Below, one piece after another: positions 26,640 to 43,984 of a DNA stretch of 64,000 nt. The stretch is taken from positions 71,796,001 through 71,860,000 of the forward strand of contig OZ024742.1 of NCBI GenBank assembly GCA_964016885.1, given 5' to 3'. The notes beneath the pieces are model-generated. The model was not told where the DNA came from and searched no databases. It saw only the letters and a program-made list of their open reading frames with translations. The position numbers and the translations under genes are program-made. Within the stretch, counting starts at the first letter, position 1. Every line of letters begins with the position of its first letter. This stretch comes from Eledone cirrhosa. Taxonomy: Eukaryota.

Positions 26640-28400
26640 TGTAGTAGGAAGTGAAAGGATTTACCTTTGCGTCTTCACGTGTGTCCGGACTGAATCTCAC
26701 TGCGCGGATGTTCGCCTGTTTTACATCCGGCCAAAGAATATAGGAAGTCTCACACACTCGATCATAGCAGCCATGGACACGCACATCACATGCAGTACAG
26801 CTTTCAGACAAAAGAGAGGCCAAAAGGCCCCTTGCTTCTGGCAAGACCTCCCCTGCACTTCCAGCACCTTAGTCCCACACCACTCCTGATCTCAAGGATC
26901 AATCAACCCATCATATCACTCCATGTCAAAGTCTGTCATCCACTTGGATGAGCGGCATTCGAGTTGCGATCTCTGCACAGTTGAGGTAGTGCTTTCGTTC
27001 TCCTCTTCTCCAAAGTCCTTCAGATCAATGACTCTGAAGACATCCAAGATGTGATGCGGCATTCCATCCACAGACACATTGTTTCGGAAATTTATAGCCA
27101 TTACCATTCCCTTTCCCCATTGAGATGTGCAATGTACATTTGGGGGCTTGACCTAAACATCTTCGCCCACTTGTATGAACGCATTCTTTCTCTCTTCCAC
27201 AGGTTGTTGTAATAACGTGCACAGATGTCGCCATTCATATCTATATATTGCCCTGTGGCACCGACTCCTCAGCCTGCCCCATCCCATTTCCACTCAGCCT
27301 GTACACCACTCTGAAAACGTGGCTCACATTCCACCCACAAAGCATTTCCTTCAGTAGCTCCGAGTGAAACACCCAGCTGTTATCCATTAGCAGTTCATCC
27401 ACAAGGCCCTGCTCCAAGAATATCTCTTTCAGCATCCATGTGTTTCCTCTGTAGTTCCCATCTTCATCTCCCTCCATATTGCCATCTGCCCAGGTCTGCA
27501 ATCGACCATTGATATGTTTCCTATTGGTAGTGTGTCACATCCACTGCCAATTACTTCCAGTTGTGCTCCACTGGGATGTTACCCTTCTTGTGTATGCCCA
27601 GGCTGGGGTTAACAGACTGACATCTGTCGCTACTCCCGACCACTTTCTGGACACTCTGTCTGGTAATGTCAGAGTCGACTTTCCTGGCTAAGAACAGGGT
27701 CCTATTCACTCCCATATGATGCATGTTATGCAACCTCCTCACTTAGCCGACACACTGCAGCTATCCCATTTCTCGCATCCTCTGGTGTTTCCAGCCAGGC
27801 TTTTTTCACCCTGGTTAAGGTGTCTGCCCTATTTTTCTCTGAGACTACACTCAACTTCAGTCTGAACTCAGTAGCCAGCTCTCCCTGAGTTCCCAGGCGG
27901 CGCTTTATTAGCATTTCTGCCACCCCTCTCATTCACACCCTCCTCTCACTGGTAAGCACTGATCTAATTCATCTGAGTATAGTGGCCAAATCAGTACGAA
28001 TCTCTATGGTGCACAGTTCCCATCTCAGGGCAAGATTCACTCCCTTCAGCATGGCGTTCAATTTGGCCACATTGATGTGGTTGCAGTCCGCCTTCTTCTG
28101 AGTCCTTGACCTTGACACCCCCTATTTCCAGAGTGATCCCTAGGGCTATGCTGCTGGCAACACACCATATGGTCCTGTTTTCTGATTTGGGTATGTACAA
28201 ACTTCCTCTCACTGGGTCCTCTGCCTTTACCCTCTCCATGATCTCCCACATCATGGCTACCGTCCTCTCTCCCCAGCTCATCCCGTCTACTCGTCTCAAC
28301 ACAGCTGCATGCTGTTTGGAGCCACCCCGCGATTGTCTTACCTACCTTACTATTCCAACACCAAGTCACTTTCTTTCTCCCTATAGACCTACTCCAACCA
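26640..28400 (-). mobile_element. Gypsy-like LTR retrotransposon 3' remnant (RNase H, integrase, 3' LTR)
   Basis: HNMHHMGVNRTLFLARK...C integrase zinc finger, ELLMDN core; LTR TGTGG(26879)...CTACA(26640). Confidence 0.75.
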
Positions 28401-29229
28401 CAGATTTCATTTATTGCTTTCAGTAGGTTATCTTTCAGGAACTCCCACTGTTCTCTATATCGTATGTCTCTATTTGCTCTTCCTTACTGTTGAAGGTCAA
28501 TCAACATACTTCTAAATTTGTTACTTGTTGATGGGTCTTTTAACTTCCAGCTTGTCTTCTGCTGCCAGGTTCTTCTAGCCCTGACTATAAGTTCCCTAAT
28601 ACTAAGTTATGTTGGGAGATGCATTCTTCACTAAGGAGAGACTTTGTGTTCACAAGATTCACTCTGTCTCAACTTCTGGTAAGAATGAAATCTATCTGGC
28701 TGGCATGCTCACCCTATCTATAGGTGATTAAGTGGTTGTTTCATTTTTTGAAGTTTGTAATACATAAGGGTGTATGCTTTCATATACACCCCAATTATGC
28801 TTAAACCTATCTTAGTACTACTGCCAATTAATTATAACCTGGTAAGTTTACACTATATATCCAGCTGATATTTTCTATTTGTTATATGAAAACGAGCATC
28901 TGCAGTAAATGTTCATCATGTAAGATCTATATAGACTCTTGTCTATTTTCATCTCAGTACCAGTTGAGAGATTAATGAATCTTGAAACATCTGTCTAGCA
29001 TTCTTCTCAATGGCTATGGAGATATCTGTAAATATGAGCAAAAGAGAGAAAAATAATTTTTTCATAACGAATGCTTAACACTATTTTAGTGCTACTGCCA
29101 ATATATATATATATAAACAAATGAAAAAGATATATGTATATATAGAAAGAGAAAGAACCATATATTGTATATATACCAAATATACATATTCCATAGAAGA
29201 ATATGTACACTGGTGGAATCATTAGAGAG

Positions 29230-29345
29230 ACCTTATAGCGCTATTTCAATTGATCATTGAAGAAATCAATCAATATAATCGATCATCGAAGACAAACTAT
29301 CAATTATAATTAAATCACAAGAGACTCGGAATACTCATCAGAGGT
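29230..29345 (-). ncRNA. Hammerhead-like motif with long stem II insert
   Basis: Minus strand: ACCT CTGATGA (~87 nt) GAAA TAGCGCTA TA AGGT; lies in a ~350-bp segment between TA-rich tracts. Confidence 0.6.
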
Positions 29346-30265
29346 TATAGTCTCAGCGTTCTAAGAGAAATATAGAATCAAAATAGAACGTAAGACAATA
29401 TACTTGCCAATGTTCATAGAGACATCCAACGCAACCACCATGCTGAAAAGCACATGGTGAAATCATGTTAAACCCAAGGCAAATAGATATTAACAAGGTG
29501 GACTTGCTTATTGAGAAACACAAAATTCTAACATATTTGATATGTTTTGATTCATTATTTGTACATATATATATATATAAGTAATAAATCCAATGAAAAT
29601 TTAATAAGGTATATTTACTTACAATAAAAGGGTCACTAACACTTCACATTCTGACAATGAGACTGTGAAGGTCTAGAAAAATTAATGATTGATTTAGGAA
29701 ATGTGTTGTTCCAAACGAGCTACAAATGACTCATCAAGAAATGTGAAAAAAACAAAAACATGATAAAATAGTTGCAAGCTTTAATGACACAAATTTTAAA
29801 TACACACTCTTTAAATTATAATTGCAGATGAAAAATGATGAAATAATTCTCCAGTGGTTGTAGATGTTTCTAATTCCATTAAGAGATATCTTTCTACTTC
29901 CACATCCTCCATTTCCATGTCACAGCTATTTATATATACATTTAACAAAAATTATTACTATACTTCATTTGTTATTTACACTAACATTCTACCAAATAAA
30001 TGGTAACATTAACACATGTAAATCTAGATATAATGTTTTGTTTGAAGATTTCATTTATTTTTTAGGAGAATCAATAAAATTTAATTAAATCTCATAGGAG
30101 ATTTTTCAGTGTTTTAATGGGTCATGAAAAGCAATGTAAAACGTCCAAGATCACACCACATTGTCTGGACCAGGAATTGAACTCATGAACTTATGATTAA
30201 CACTCTATCCATTCGGCCATGTGCTTTCATGATGTAAAAATTTGCACAAATTCTTCAAAGTAATA

Positions 30266-31663
<1,398 letters not shown>

Positions 31664-32289
31664 TATTTTCTTCCTGTTTTATGATATCTTATGTATTTGT
31701 GTAATTTCCCTGACACATTCCGATAAATAATGAATTTCCAATACATTTTCTTAATATATCTTGAATCAATAATTACCATCTCATTGTAACCACAAACCCT
31801 GAAATAAGAAATATAAGGTATAAATGAACAGTTAACAGAAAAGTTATTAGAGTGGAATGACTTGACTAGAGACATGGAATGTTAGATTAACGAAAAAAGA
31901 TCTGAGAATAGACACAAAGGAAAGACACAACAGTATGGATATATGTAGTGTAAATAGATGATATAATGAGAGGATTTTATTAGAGAGTAGGGCCTTAATT
32001 AAAGACATTAATTAAGGAATCTTCTACATTCAGAATGTTCAAGGATCTAATTCCGAACATGGTACCTTTCTCACACCAAATTAAATAAATTTTTTTGCTG
32101 AGAGACGATAAAATGTTAAATATTTTGGTAGAGTTTTTTTTATTGGAGAATGAATGTGGGGAAATTGGTGATATTTTACATTTTTTTATTTTATTTTATC
32201 AAGGTGTATAAAAAAAAGAATATAATTCATTGCACAGTAATGTTAAAGGAAAGAAAAAAGAGAGGCGGGGGGCAATTCACCATCAAGTG

Positions 32290-33262
32290 CGACAATCGGC
32301 CGCACCTCACAACTTAGGGGTTAACTACACACATTGAGGCAAGCCAACATGTTCGCAGCATTACCACGGGTGATGGCAAGGCTAAGGCGCTGAGATAACC
32401 AGGCACCCTCATGGGCATCACCTGACACTTCAGTAAGGTGAGCCGCCAGTGATGACAAGAACTTTGCTGTCAGCGGCCAAACTCCTCCAAACGTCTTGAA
32501 CGCCACAGGCTGAAAAAACGATTATTTGATAAGTCCGGGTATTTCCAAATTTTATTCCGTTCGGCAACAAAAGCAGTGCCCCCCACATTTACTGCGGCGT
32601 CCATGATGTGGGAGGGAGCAAAAGAATCACTGACTGTGACGTCCCAGATGAGACACCTACCTCTCACCCAGGGACAAAGGGTAAGACCGTCTGTTCTTTT
32701 TCCATCACTTCTGGATAAACCAGCTGACCCCAGAACCGTGGGGATATTCACTCAAGCCAGGACCCGTTTGAGGATCAGGTTTAACTCGGTGTGGCGAGCA
32801 AAACGACCAGCATTCAGGCGGCAGGACAAACCATGTAAACCTATGCAGTCGAGGAACCTACCACAGCGGTATCTCAGACCCCAACAGACGTCGGCTCCCA
32901 CAAAGTGCAGAGCTCGTCCTGACTGGGAAGGCTACCAATGTTGGCCACAGGTAGAACATCAATCCAGTCCTCTGGGAACTTTGCGCTTGCAGAAAGTAAG
33001 CAGCACCTAGAAAATTGATGGGAAATTGATCAGAGAGAGTTGAAAGTTTCCCTCGAACGAAGATTGTCCCATACTCTCTACTTCGGTTTGTCCTCATCAG
33101 TAACTGGAACTGACAAACCAAGCTCTCTCTCAACTGTAGTAAAGGTTTATCCAACTCCCTGGTGGAACTATTCCAAGTTGTGAAGGAGAGGACGTCACCG
33201 ACTAAAGGGGAGCAAGCGTGGATGGAGGAAAGAAAGCAAGGTTGAGACAAAGATGTTCACAA
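32290..33262 (-). mobile_element. CRE-like non-LTR retrotransposon 3' part (CCHC + RLE endonuclease)
   Basis: GLSC...[28 protein letters not shown]...WDVTVSD, WLSQRLSLAITRGNAA. Confidence 0.8.
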
Positions 33263-33564
33263 CATTTACTTCCTGGGATGAAAAACAACGACTATAAACG
33301 CCATTTAAAGGCTACGGTGATGAATACTGAAACAAGACATGAAGGAAACATGAAACCAGCGAGTTTTTACTTTATATGACATGGGGTTTGTGACAAACGA
33401 TTGAATATATATACATATTCAGCAACCTACTGTTAAATGATTGTTAAAATATATAAACTATGAATAAATTTTCAGTAAATTATTTTGTCTAATGAAATAT
33501 ATTACATAGACAAGAAGCTGAAAACAATGATAGGAAGCATGCACAATTGGTTTAGACCCAACAA

Positions 33565-33735
33565 GTAGAGAAATGGTCAAAAGAGACGGCGGATGTCCAA
33601 ATATATGACGACTCACTACAAACTATTTGGTTGAAATGAGATAAAGCTGACAAAGAAGAATAACAATGGAGGGGAAGATTAGGACAATATGTCACAATTA
33701 ATAACAAATATTAATGTCACTATGAATTGTGGTGG
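33565..33735 (-). promoter_or_regulatory. Conserved ZNF upstream block: putative 5' UTR exon and GTGAGT donor
   Basis: gtcaaaagaga(c/t)ggcggatgtccaa...gacgactcactacaaact...ggaggggaagatt recurs at ~42445-42610 and ~51645-51875, upstream of each paralog; matching ttattt/acag acceptors at ~31800, ~41362 and ~48204. Confidence 0.6.
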
Positions 33736-33982
33736 TAACTAGTTTATAAAATTCAACATTATTGATGTTTACTTTTGAATAAAAATTTAAGTTGCATGAA
33801 AAGAACAGCTCACGATCAACATACCCTGTGGGTTGTAGAGATGTTTGCAGTAGAAATACTAAAATATGATATTTAACAACAGACCAACATACTGTGTGAC
33901 TTTCTCACTATTTAGTGAAATAATGTTGGGAGATTAATATAACTGAATTTTAACTAACATAAAACATGTCCATTATAACATA

Positions 33983-35585
33983 TGCTTTCCAGCATAGTTA
34001 CGTCCCTTTACGATCTGAGTTCAAATCCCACCGAGGTTGACTTTGCCTTTCATCCTTACGGGGTCGATAAAATAAAGTACCAGTAATGCACTGGGTATTT
34101 GCTGGCCTTGTGCCTAAAGTAGAAACAATTATAACATATGAAATAATTATCACCCGAGCCATACTTTCGTAAACTCTTTCACTTATCTCCCTTTACGTTA
34201 AGATATTGCTATTAATCCAAGCAGAAGATCAGCAATTTATGTGGAAGGTAATATCGATTATATTGACTGACTATATCTTATCGACACTGCAAGGACGAAA
34301 GGTAAAGTTGACCGTGGCGTGAGTTTCTAAATTAAGCAGAAGACCTGCAAGTTGAAGAAAGTCAGAAGTCTATTAAATTGACATCCATATTTGACTGTTA
34401 CTTTAGTTTATCAACCCTGGAAGGTTGAAAAGTTAAGTCAACCACGGTGGGATTTGAACTCGGCATGCAAAGAGCCGGAACAAATACTCAATACATTTTG
34501 ATTGACGTTCTAACAATTTTTACTGTTCAAAAAATAATTATTATTTCTGATTTAGGCACAAGGCCAACAATTTGGGGGGAGGGCAAAGTCAATTAAATCG
34601 ACTCGAGTGCCTAACTGTTGCTTTATTTTATCGACCCTGTAGAGATGAAAGGCAAAGCTAACCTCGGCGAGATTTGAACTCAGAGCACAAAGGGAAGTAA
34701 AGTATGCCTGACGCCCCACCATATAATAATAATTGTTTCTTCTTTAGGCACAAGGCCAGCAATTTGAAGAGAAGAGGAAAGTCGATTAAATCGACCCCAG
34801 TGCTTACTGGTACTTTATTTTATTGACCCCCGTAGTGATGACAGGCAAAACTAAGGAGGAAAATAATAATTGTTTCTACTTTAGGCACAGGGCCAGCCAT
34901 TTGGTGGGGTGGGATGGGGGTTGATCGATGAAATCGACCCAGTACACTACTGGTGCTTTATTTTATAGGATGAAAGGCAAAGCTAAGGAGGAACATAATA
35001 ATAAGAAAAACATCTATGCTTGTGAAATTAACGTGTAAGTGACTGAGCATTCCACAAAGCCGTACACCATTAACGTAGTTCTCAGGGAGATTCAGCGTAA
35101 CAATGTATGACATGGCTGGCTCCTTTGAATTACAGATACAACTCACTTTTGCCAGCTGAGTGAACTAGAGCAACTTGAAATAACGTACCAGGAATCGAAC
35201 TTACAATCTTATGATCTTGAACCGCACACCCTAACTACAGACCTACATGCCTCAAGCTGAAATGAAGAGAAAATACATTACTTTTGTTATACTTTGGGAG
35301 GGTCATGCTGCCAATAAAATCACGCACACCTATTGGGTTTCACTTCAATTTATTATTATAATTTCAGTCTATTAGTTTAATAAATAAATAAATAATTGTT
35401 TCTACTTTTGGCACAAGGCCAGCAATTACCCAGTGCATTACTGGTACTTTATTTTATCGACCCCGTAAGGATGAAAGGCAAAGTTAACCTCGGCGGGATT
35501 TGAACTCAGAATGGCAAGGGCCGTAACTCTATACGTCAAAGCATGGCGTCCGACCCTCTACCGATACTGCCAATCCACCGCCCTT
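33983..35585. mobile_element. Cluster of tRNA-derived SINE copies, including an intact copy at 35395-35585(-)
   Basis: Repeated tttatcgaccc...gaaaggcaaag and aattgtttctactttaggcacaaggccagc blocks. Confidence 0.75.
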
Positions 35586-35599
35586 ATTAATAAATAAAT

Positions 35600-37385
35600 A
35601 AATAATAATCTAAATTATTGCGTATAGTGCTCAGGTGCGCTACAACTCATCAAAGATACTTCGATAGTACATAGAATAGTGTACAAATGTCAGGAAAGTG
35701 AACAGTGTGTGCGTGTGTATGGAGAGAGAATATCAGGTGTAGTGTTGGCAAATTTCAGGAAGCATGGAGGTTGTAAAGGATGCAGTGTCCTGACAGCTAA
35801 CAACTGATGCAGGTAGTTTGTTCCATGCTTCAGCATCTCCAAGAGCGAAAAAACGTTTCTGAAAGTCATGGGAGCTCTACTGTTTTCTGATTTTATAAGC
35901 ATGTCCACAGATGTTAGACATAAGGAATTCAAAAAGGTGCTCAGGGTTGTTATTGGAAAGATGGTTAATAATCTTGTGTGTGTTTACCAAGTCAGTTGCC
36001 AGACGTCGGAGCTTTAATGTATCCATGTCCAGGGAAGCTAAGCGTTCAGAGTATGGTAGATGCCTGATGGAGGGTATTCGTTTGGTTGCTCGTCCCTGAA
36101 CAGTTTCCAGGAGATCAATATTCTGAGCAAGATAGAGGTTCCAGACTGGTGATTCAAATTCTAGACATGTGCTTTGTCCAACGCAAATCGCTGTTGGCAA
36201 TAATGCCCAGGTCACGTTCACAAGAAGACTTCTTGAGATTGGTGTTGTAAAGGGACTATGTGAACGTCGTGTTTTTCCTCCCAAAATGCACGGTGGTACA
36301 TTTTTCCACAACCAGCTTGAGTTGCCAGTCCTTAATCCATTGCTGCATTGTGTCTAGGTCTGATTACAAGAAAGATCTATAGCGTATAGTATCTGTCGTT
36401 TTTTTATCTCAAGGCACAGCTTACGTATTTCAGAACTGTGGCATTCTTTAAGTTGGCACCTAATCTATGTCATTAATATATGCAACAAACAAGGGGGACC
36501 AAGAACAGATCCCTGTGGTACACCAAATGCCATCTCATAGAGTGAAGAATTCTGTCCTGGAACTGTGACTACCTCTTTTCGACTGAGAACGAAGGACTTC
36601 AACCAGTTATAAAGATCATCTCTCACACCCATTGCAGAGAGTTTTGCCATAAGTCTTTTGTGTGGCACAAAATTAAAAGCTTTAGCAATGTCAAGATAAA
36701 TAACATCCACCCATGAGCTGCCATCAGTGATTCGGGTAATGTCTTCAAGAAACTCGTTGAATTGATTACAGCAGCTGGAGTTAAGGAAAAATCCAAATTG
36801 TGAGGGCCGAATAAGGCAGTGAGAGTTTCAGAAGTTTCAGAGTGTTTCTCTGACGCAGGATTCCATCAGTTTGACAATTCAGCTAGTAAGACTGACTAGG
36901 CGATAGTTGACAGGTGACATGCGATCTCCCTTTTTGAACAGAGGAATGACACTAGCAGTTTTCCACTGCTGTGGGTAACACAGTTGTTAAGGCAGAATTG
37001 AAAGAAAAGTGGAAGCTGGTGCAGAAGAAAGTACCCACTACGTTTGTGAAGCAGGCATGTAACACTACCAAAACTGGTAGAGGCATAGTTGTGCTTATTC
37101 TTAAGGTGGCTTCGCAACATTGAAAGTGTAAATTCCATAGTAGCTATAGAATTTGATGTCTGAGGTAGTGGAGATGGTACATTTTGATTTTCAACAGTAA
37201 AAATTCCAGCATAGCATTCAACAATAAGTTCTGTGCATTCTTTGGGAACGTCAATAATCCGGCCTGTGTGGGGTTTGCGAAGAGGACCAGCTGGAGAGTG
37301 AGGTCTCTGCTTTGAACGTACATATTTCTAGAACACCTTGCTGTTAGGGCTGGTTGCTATATGCTGTTCAAATTCAAGCACCAGG
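35600..37385 (-). mobile_element. Degenerate 5'-truncated copy of the CR1/L2-like LINE
   Basis: ORFs match 13600-16355 (VPHKRLMAKLSAMGV, GVPQGSVLGP, RATKRIPSIRHLPYSERL); same 3' tail. Confidence 0.88.
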
Positions 37386-38999
37386 TGGTTGTTTAGTTGT
37401 TGATTGTCAGAGCTCTTTCTCTATGACGAATGTTTGCATCTGTTTTCTTTATTGGCAACATAACCCTTCTGTTTCAACCCTCGTTTTAAGATAAAAAAAA
37501 ATCTTATAGAACAACTACAAAAGCGAAACATATTAGTTTTATTTTCTTGAAAGAAAGGCAAGGGAGTTAACTCCCAAACCCATGTTTGGGGGAGTATGAT
37601 CCTTGGTTGCCAACTGTAGGCATGTTTCTGCGTTAGACCTTATTACTCATGCGTGCAATTCTAGATTCTAGAGAAACAAAATTTATAGACATTTGAAAGT
37701 TTCCTAGCGAGGCCTTCAACATGAAGAATATATAGTTAAATTGTAACTAATGTACACCTAGAATCAATTAATTACCCAGCAACATAGCCTCTACGCATTT
37801 ATAGTTACTCCTTTTCTTTGCAATCCTACCAAACCTATCACTTCTGATAAACCTTATCTACATCATTGTTTCCACTAGCTGTTGTATACGGCATAACTGA
37901 GGTCTTGCTCTCACTGTGCACTTAATCACTGATTTACATGTTATCTTTTATCAATATCCAGTGCTCTGCTCTGCTATAATTCTCTATCTAAATCGACATT
38001 TTTAATTCCATTAGGAGAAATTTTTCAACTACTAGTTCAATTTTGAATTTATATTCTAAAGACTTAACCATGCAGGCATTATTTTAAAACTATCATATAA
38101 TAGACATTTTACCGTCCGTCCTGATTCCCATATTCTCTATTCTTACCTTTTCTGTGCCTCAGTGTCCTTTTTTGTCTGCACTTTGGACAACAATTCTTTC
38201 TCTTCCATTTTACTATTTCTCTCCTTTATATATTTTTCTCCTTTGGCTAAGTAAGCCCTTACGTACTCTATATTTGTGTAATTTGCCTAAAGGCACATCT
38301 TGTTTCTACCTGTTTTGTTATGTCCCAATGTGCACTGGAATGAATATTATTGACCTTAATGCACCGAAACTGTAGTGATTTTCAGAGGTTGACTGGGAAG
38401 ATAGGACTGTCCATCTTTCCATTATTTTTTTTCCATTGTCTTTGTCCTGTGTGCTCCCTATTTTGAATATATATATTTATATATTCTTTGATTTTTACAA
38501 AGCTTCTTTCAATTAAAATTACATCTGCATAAATAAATGATGAAGCACCATTTCCAGATTATTTATTGTAATAAAGTACATCAGTTACAAAACACCTCAG
38601 TCAACTGTTCATAACATCAAAATAGTGACAAATGTCTGTGTAACCAGACTGGGTAATAAAGTTAATCAGTGTGAAAGATTACATGTTTATATAAAGTTTA
38701 CTAGTAAATTATTACATGTAATTTCTTATTTCACTTAACTATCTACCAGATAAATGGTAACATTGACACATGTAAATCTCCATTCAGTTCCATTACCATG
38801 TTGTATAATATCCTGTAAAGAAACAAAGAAAATCTCCAGCTCATGTCTGTCTAAAATAAAACTACAAAGATATTATAGTATGACAACACAACTTGTGTCA
38901 ATTTTCTCTCCTGTTCTAGAAAATTTAATTGTGTCAGCTGCTTCACAGGAGTTCCATCATGAAGGACACTGATCCTCACAAAGAAGCCTGTACAGTGCA

Positions 39000-39580
39000 C
39001 TCTCAGTGTCTCAGGGTCATGTTCATGAGTGATGGTAGGCAGAAGGCTTAATTAAGTGCAAGAATTGCAGAAGCTGATGTAGTAATGCACAAGCTTCAAC
39101 ATTTGATAATCAGAAAAAGGGAGATAGGTAAAAGCCAACATCGCTATCTTCAATTCATGCTAACCCTTACCTGTGGTCATGAATCTTGGGTAATAACCGA
39201 AAGAATACGATCACGAATACAAGAGGCTAAAATGGAATTTCTCCATAAGGTCTTTGGAGTAATGTAACCCGAAGGTCAGTGAGTTGCTCCAGGTAGAGCT
39301 GCTACTTCTCCCAATTGAGTGATCATAGCTCCGATATTACAGGCATGTGATTATAATGTCTCAGGAAAGAATTGCTGGACAGATTTTATAAGTAAAACCA
39401 ACCAGTAGGAGACCCAGGGTTAGACACCGAACAAGATGGTTGGATGACATTCTTGAGCTCGGCAGGTCCTACTTGCGGATCCAGCCAAATCAATTGGAAA
39501 TGGTTGCTTCTGACAGGACCCACTGGAAGGAGTATTTGAGGACTCTGTCCCTACAACCTTCTCATAAATAAGTTAGCGAA
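39000..39580 (+). mobile_element. RTE-like LINE 3' fragment
   Basis: LTCGHESWVITERIRSRIQEAKMEFL...RRPRVRHRTRW; similar fragment at 10760-11010. Confidence 0.65.
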
Positions 39581-39639
39581 GAAGAAGCTTCATGAAGTAG
39601 TAAGTTGTAAAAATTCTTCATACAAATTCTCGTTTTATT

Positions 39640-41150
<1,511 letters not shown>

Positions 41151-42644
41151 TAGATGCAAACTTTATTTGAACACATGGTCAATGCTATCTTTTTAGAAAA
41201 TGTTTTTACACATATAATTTTTCTGAAACCTCAATTAACTTAACCAAGGTTATAGAGAAAAGTTACTTGTGTTCCTGATATCAGTCTTCTGGTTTTAAAA
41301 TCTGACAAATTTCTTGATATATTTTAAATCAACAATTACCATCATAATGACACCACAACCCCTGAAATAAGAAAATATAAGGCAGAAAGGACAGTGAACA
41401 GTTTAACATAAAGGTTATTAGAGTAGAGTGACTTGACTAGACATTGAATGTTTGATTAAAAAAGACTGATCAGAAAATATACCCAAAGGAATGACAACAG
41501 TATGGATATATGTAGTGCAAATAGATGATATAATGAGTGGATTTTATTACAGAAGAAGGACTTGACAAGAACGAAGCCCCAAACCAGAACAAGTGCACAG
41601 TGACAGTATGGTGGTCTGTTAAAGATTTCTCAAAACCACTTGTCAACAGACATGGCCCAATTCTTTATCTTGATCATGCTCATCCACAAGAGAAACTCAT
41701 ACCCTCCCTGATTTTTTTTCAAACACCTTGAAAGCTATACAAAAAATTAACAATTCCAAAATAAAGCAGCTGTAGGTGACTTTAAAAAATCTAATGACTA
41801 TATGGATACTGAATTTTATAGGAAATTATATAAATAATTTTATTTTACATTGAGAAAAACTTATTTAAGGAAGTATATTCAAGATAAATTACCTCAAAGT
41901 TTTGCTTAACCTCAAAGATTTTTCTCTGAAAAAAAATGACAAGAATTATGAGATAACCTAATATTTCAATTTAATTATTTTCTATTAGCCACCTCTGGCA
42001 TTACGCAGTAATACAGAAGACCTGACTTCCCACGGGTAAAACCCGAAGCTGAAGCATATAACAGTGTGCCCCCACCCTCTTCACCCACTGTAAAGTGGCT
42101 ATGTAGAAGTCACGACAAAAGCACCTAGTACTCACTCTAAATGAGGTTGACATTAGGAAGAGCATCCAGCCGTAGAAATCAAGCCAAAATCAGTTCTGTA
42201 CGAGCAAGACATGGTCACCTGACCTGGCATTGCTCACAACAGAACAACTCGTCTAACCCTTGCTAGCGTGGAAAAATGGATGTAAAACGGTGATGATGAT
42301 TATGATGTTGACATGTCTAATCAGATATATTACACATATGAGAAGCTATAAACACTGATAGGGAGCACATAGAATTGATTTGAAATGAATATAAAAGCGG
42401 CTGTTAAACAGATGATAAATTTATATGCAGATCATAGAGACAAATAGTCAAAAGAGATGGCGGATGTCCAAATATGACGACTCACTACAAACTGATTGGG
42501 TTGAAATGAGACTCAGCTGACAAAGAAAGAGATAGTAACAATGGAGGGGAAGATTGGGACACTATGTCACAATTAATAACAAATACTTCAATGTCACCGT
42601 GAATTGTGTTAGTAAATAGTTACTGACCCACCAGGTTATTTACA

Positions 42645-43610
42645 ACCCATGGGAACTCCTCTATACAGATGATCTAACCCTCATAGCTGAATCTATGGGA
42701 AGCATGGTCTAGAATCAAAAGGTCTTAAAGTGAACTTGTCAAAGACTAAAGTCCTAGTATGTAGAAAGGAAAACATGGTCCAGGCCCCTCTGGGAAATGG
42801 CCTTGCTCAGTGTGCAGGAAAGAGGAAGGTAGAAATTCTATTCTATGTCCCAAATGCAAGCTATGGGTACATAAAAGATGTAGTAGGATCACAGGCAGGC
42901 TATCAAAGAACGTAAGTTTTATATGTGGCCGATGTTCAGATGCAGTAAGCAGTAAGTGCCCAGAGGATACTAGCTCCTTCAAATGCCCAGATGGCTCTGT
43001 AGAAATAGTAGACAGTTTCTGTTACCTGGGTGACCAAATCAGCAGTAGAGGAGGGTGTTCCAAAAGTACAGTAGCCAGAGTAAGAATGGGATGGAGACAA
43101 TTCAGAGAGCAATTACCACTGCTAGCTACAAAAGGTATTCCCCTTAAAATGAGGTCAGATTATATGATGCATGTATACAAACAGCAATGCTGCATGGTAG
43201 TGAGACTTGGGTATTGTGTACAGAGGACCTGCAAAGATTGGAAAGAAATGAAGCCTGCATGCTCTGATGGATGTGTAAGAGTAAAATACACGGACAGCAA
43301 AGTGTAAAAGAACTGAGAGAGAAATTGGGCATAAGAGGGATCAGATGTAGCGTGCAAGAGAGGAGGTTGCATTGGTATTGCCATGTGATGTATATGAAGG
43401 ATGACAGAAGGAATCAGATGCAGTGTGCAAGAGGAGATTGCGTTGGTGTGGCCACGTAATGTGTATGAAGGATGACAGCTGTATAAAAAGATGTAGGGTG
43501 ATCAAAGTTGGTGGAAGCTATGGAGTAGGAAGACCTGGGATGAGGTGATAAAAGTTGACCTTGCACAATTGCAACTGTCAAAGACAATGACACAGGCGTT
43601 ATGTAGTAAT
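42645..43610 (+). mobile_element. RTE LINE 3' fragment
   Basis: PWELLYTDDL, CPKCKLWVHKRCS, VDSFCYLGD, ERRLHWYCHV. Confidence 0.8.
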
Positions 43611-43984
43611 ACAGAAGACCCGCCTTCCCATGTGCACAGATTGAAGCATACATCTAGTATGTACCTCTTAATCACTAACACCCCCCCCCCCTCACTTCCA
43701 TACACCTCCCACCCACCCTTAGACTGTAAAGTTGTTGTGTTGATATCACAAAAAAAAGCAACCAGCCCTCACTGTAAAGTGGCTGTGTAGGTGTCATGAC
43801 AAAAAGCATCCAATACTTACTGTAAATGTGATTGGTGTTAGGAAGGGCATCCAACTGTAGAAACCAGGCGCCAAACAGTTCTCTATGAGCAAGATATGGT
43901 CACCTGACCTGACGTGCCTCAAACGGAACATGTCTAACCCATGCTACCGTGGAAAATAGACGTTTAAACGATGATGATGATGAA

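Noticed and set aside
38240-38385. Possible hammerhead (ctaagtaag...ccgaaactgtagtg)
   Set aside because: Core too degenerate, no stem I pairing found
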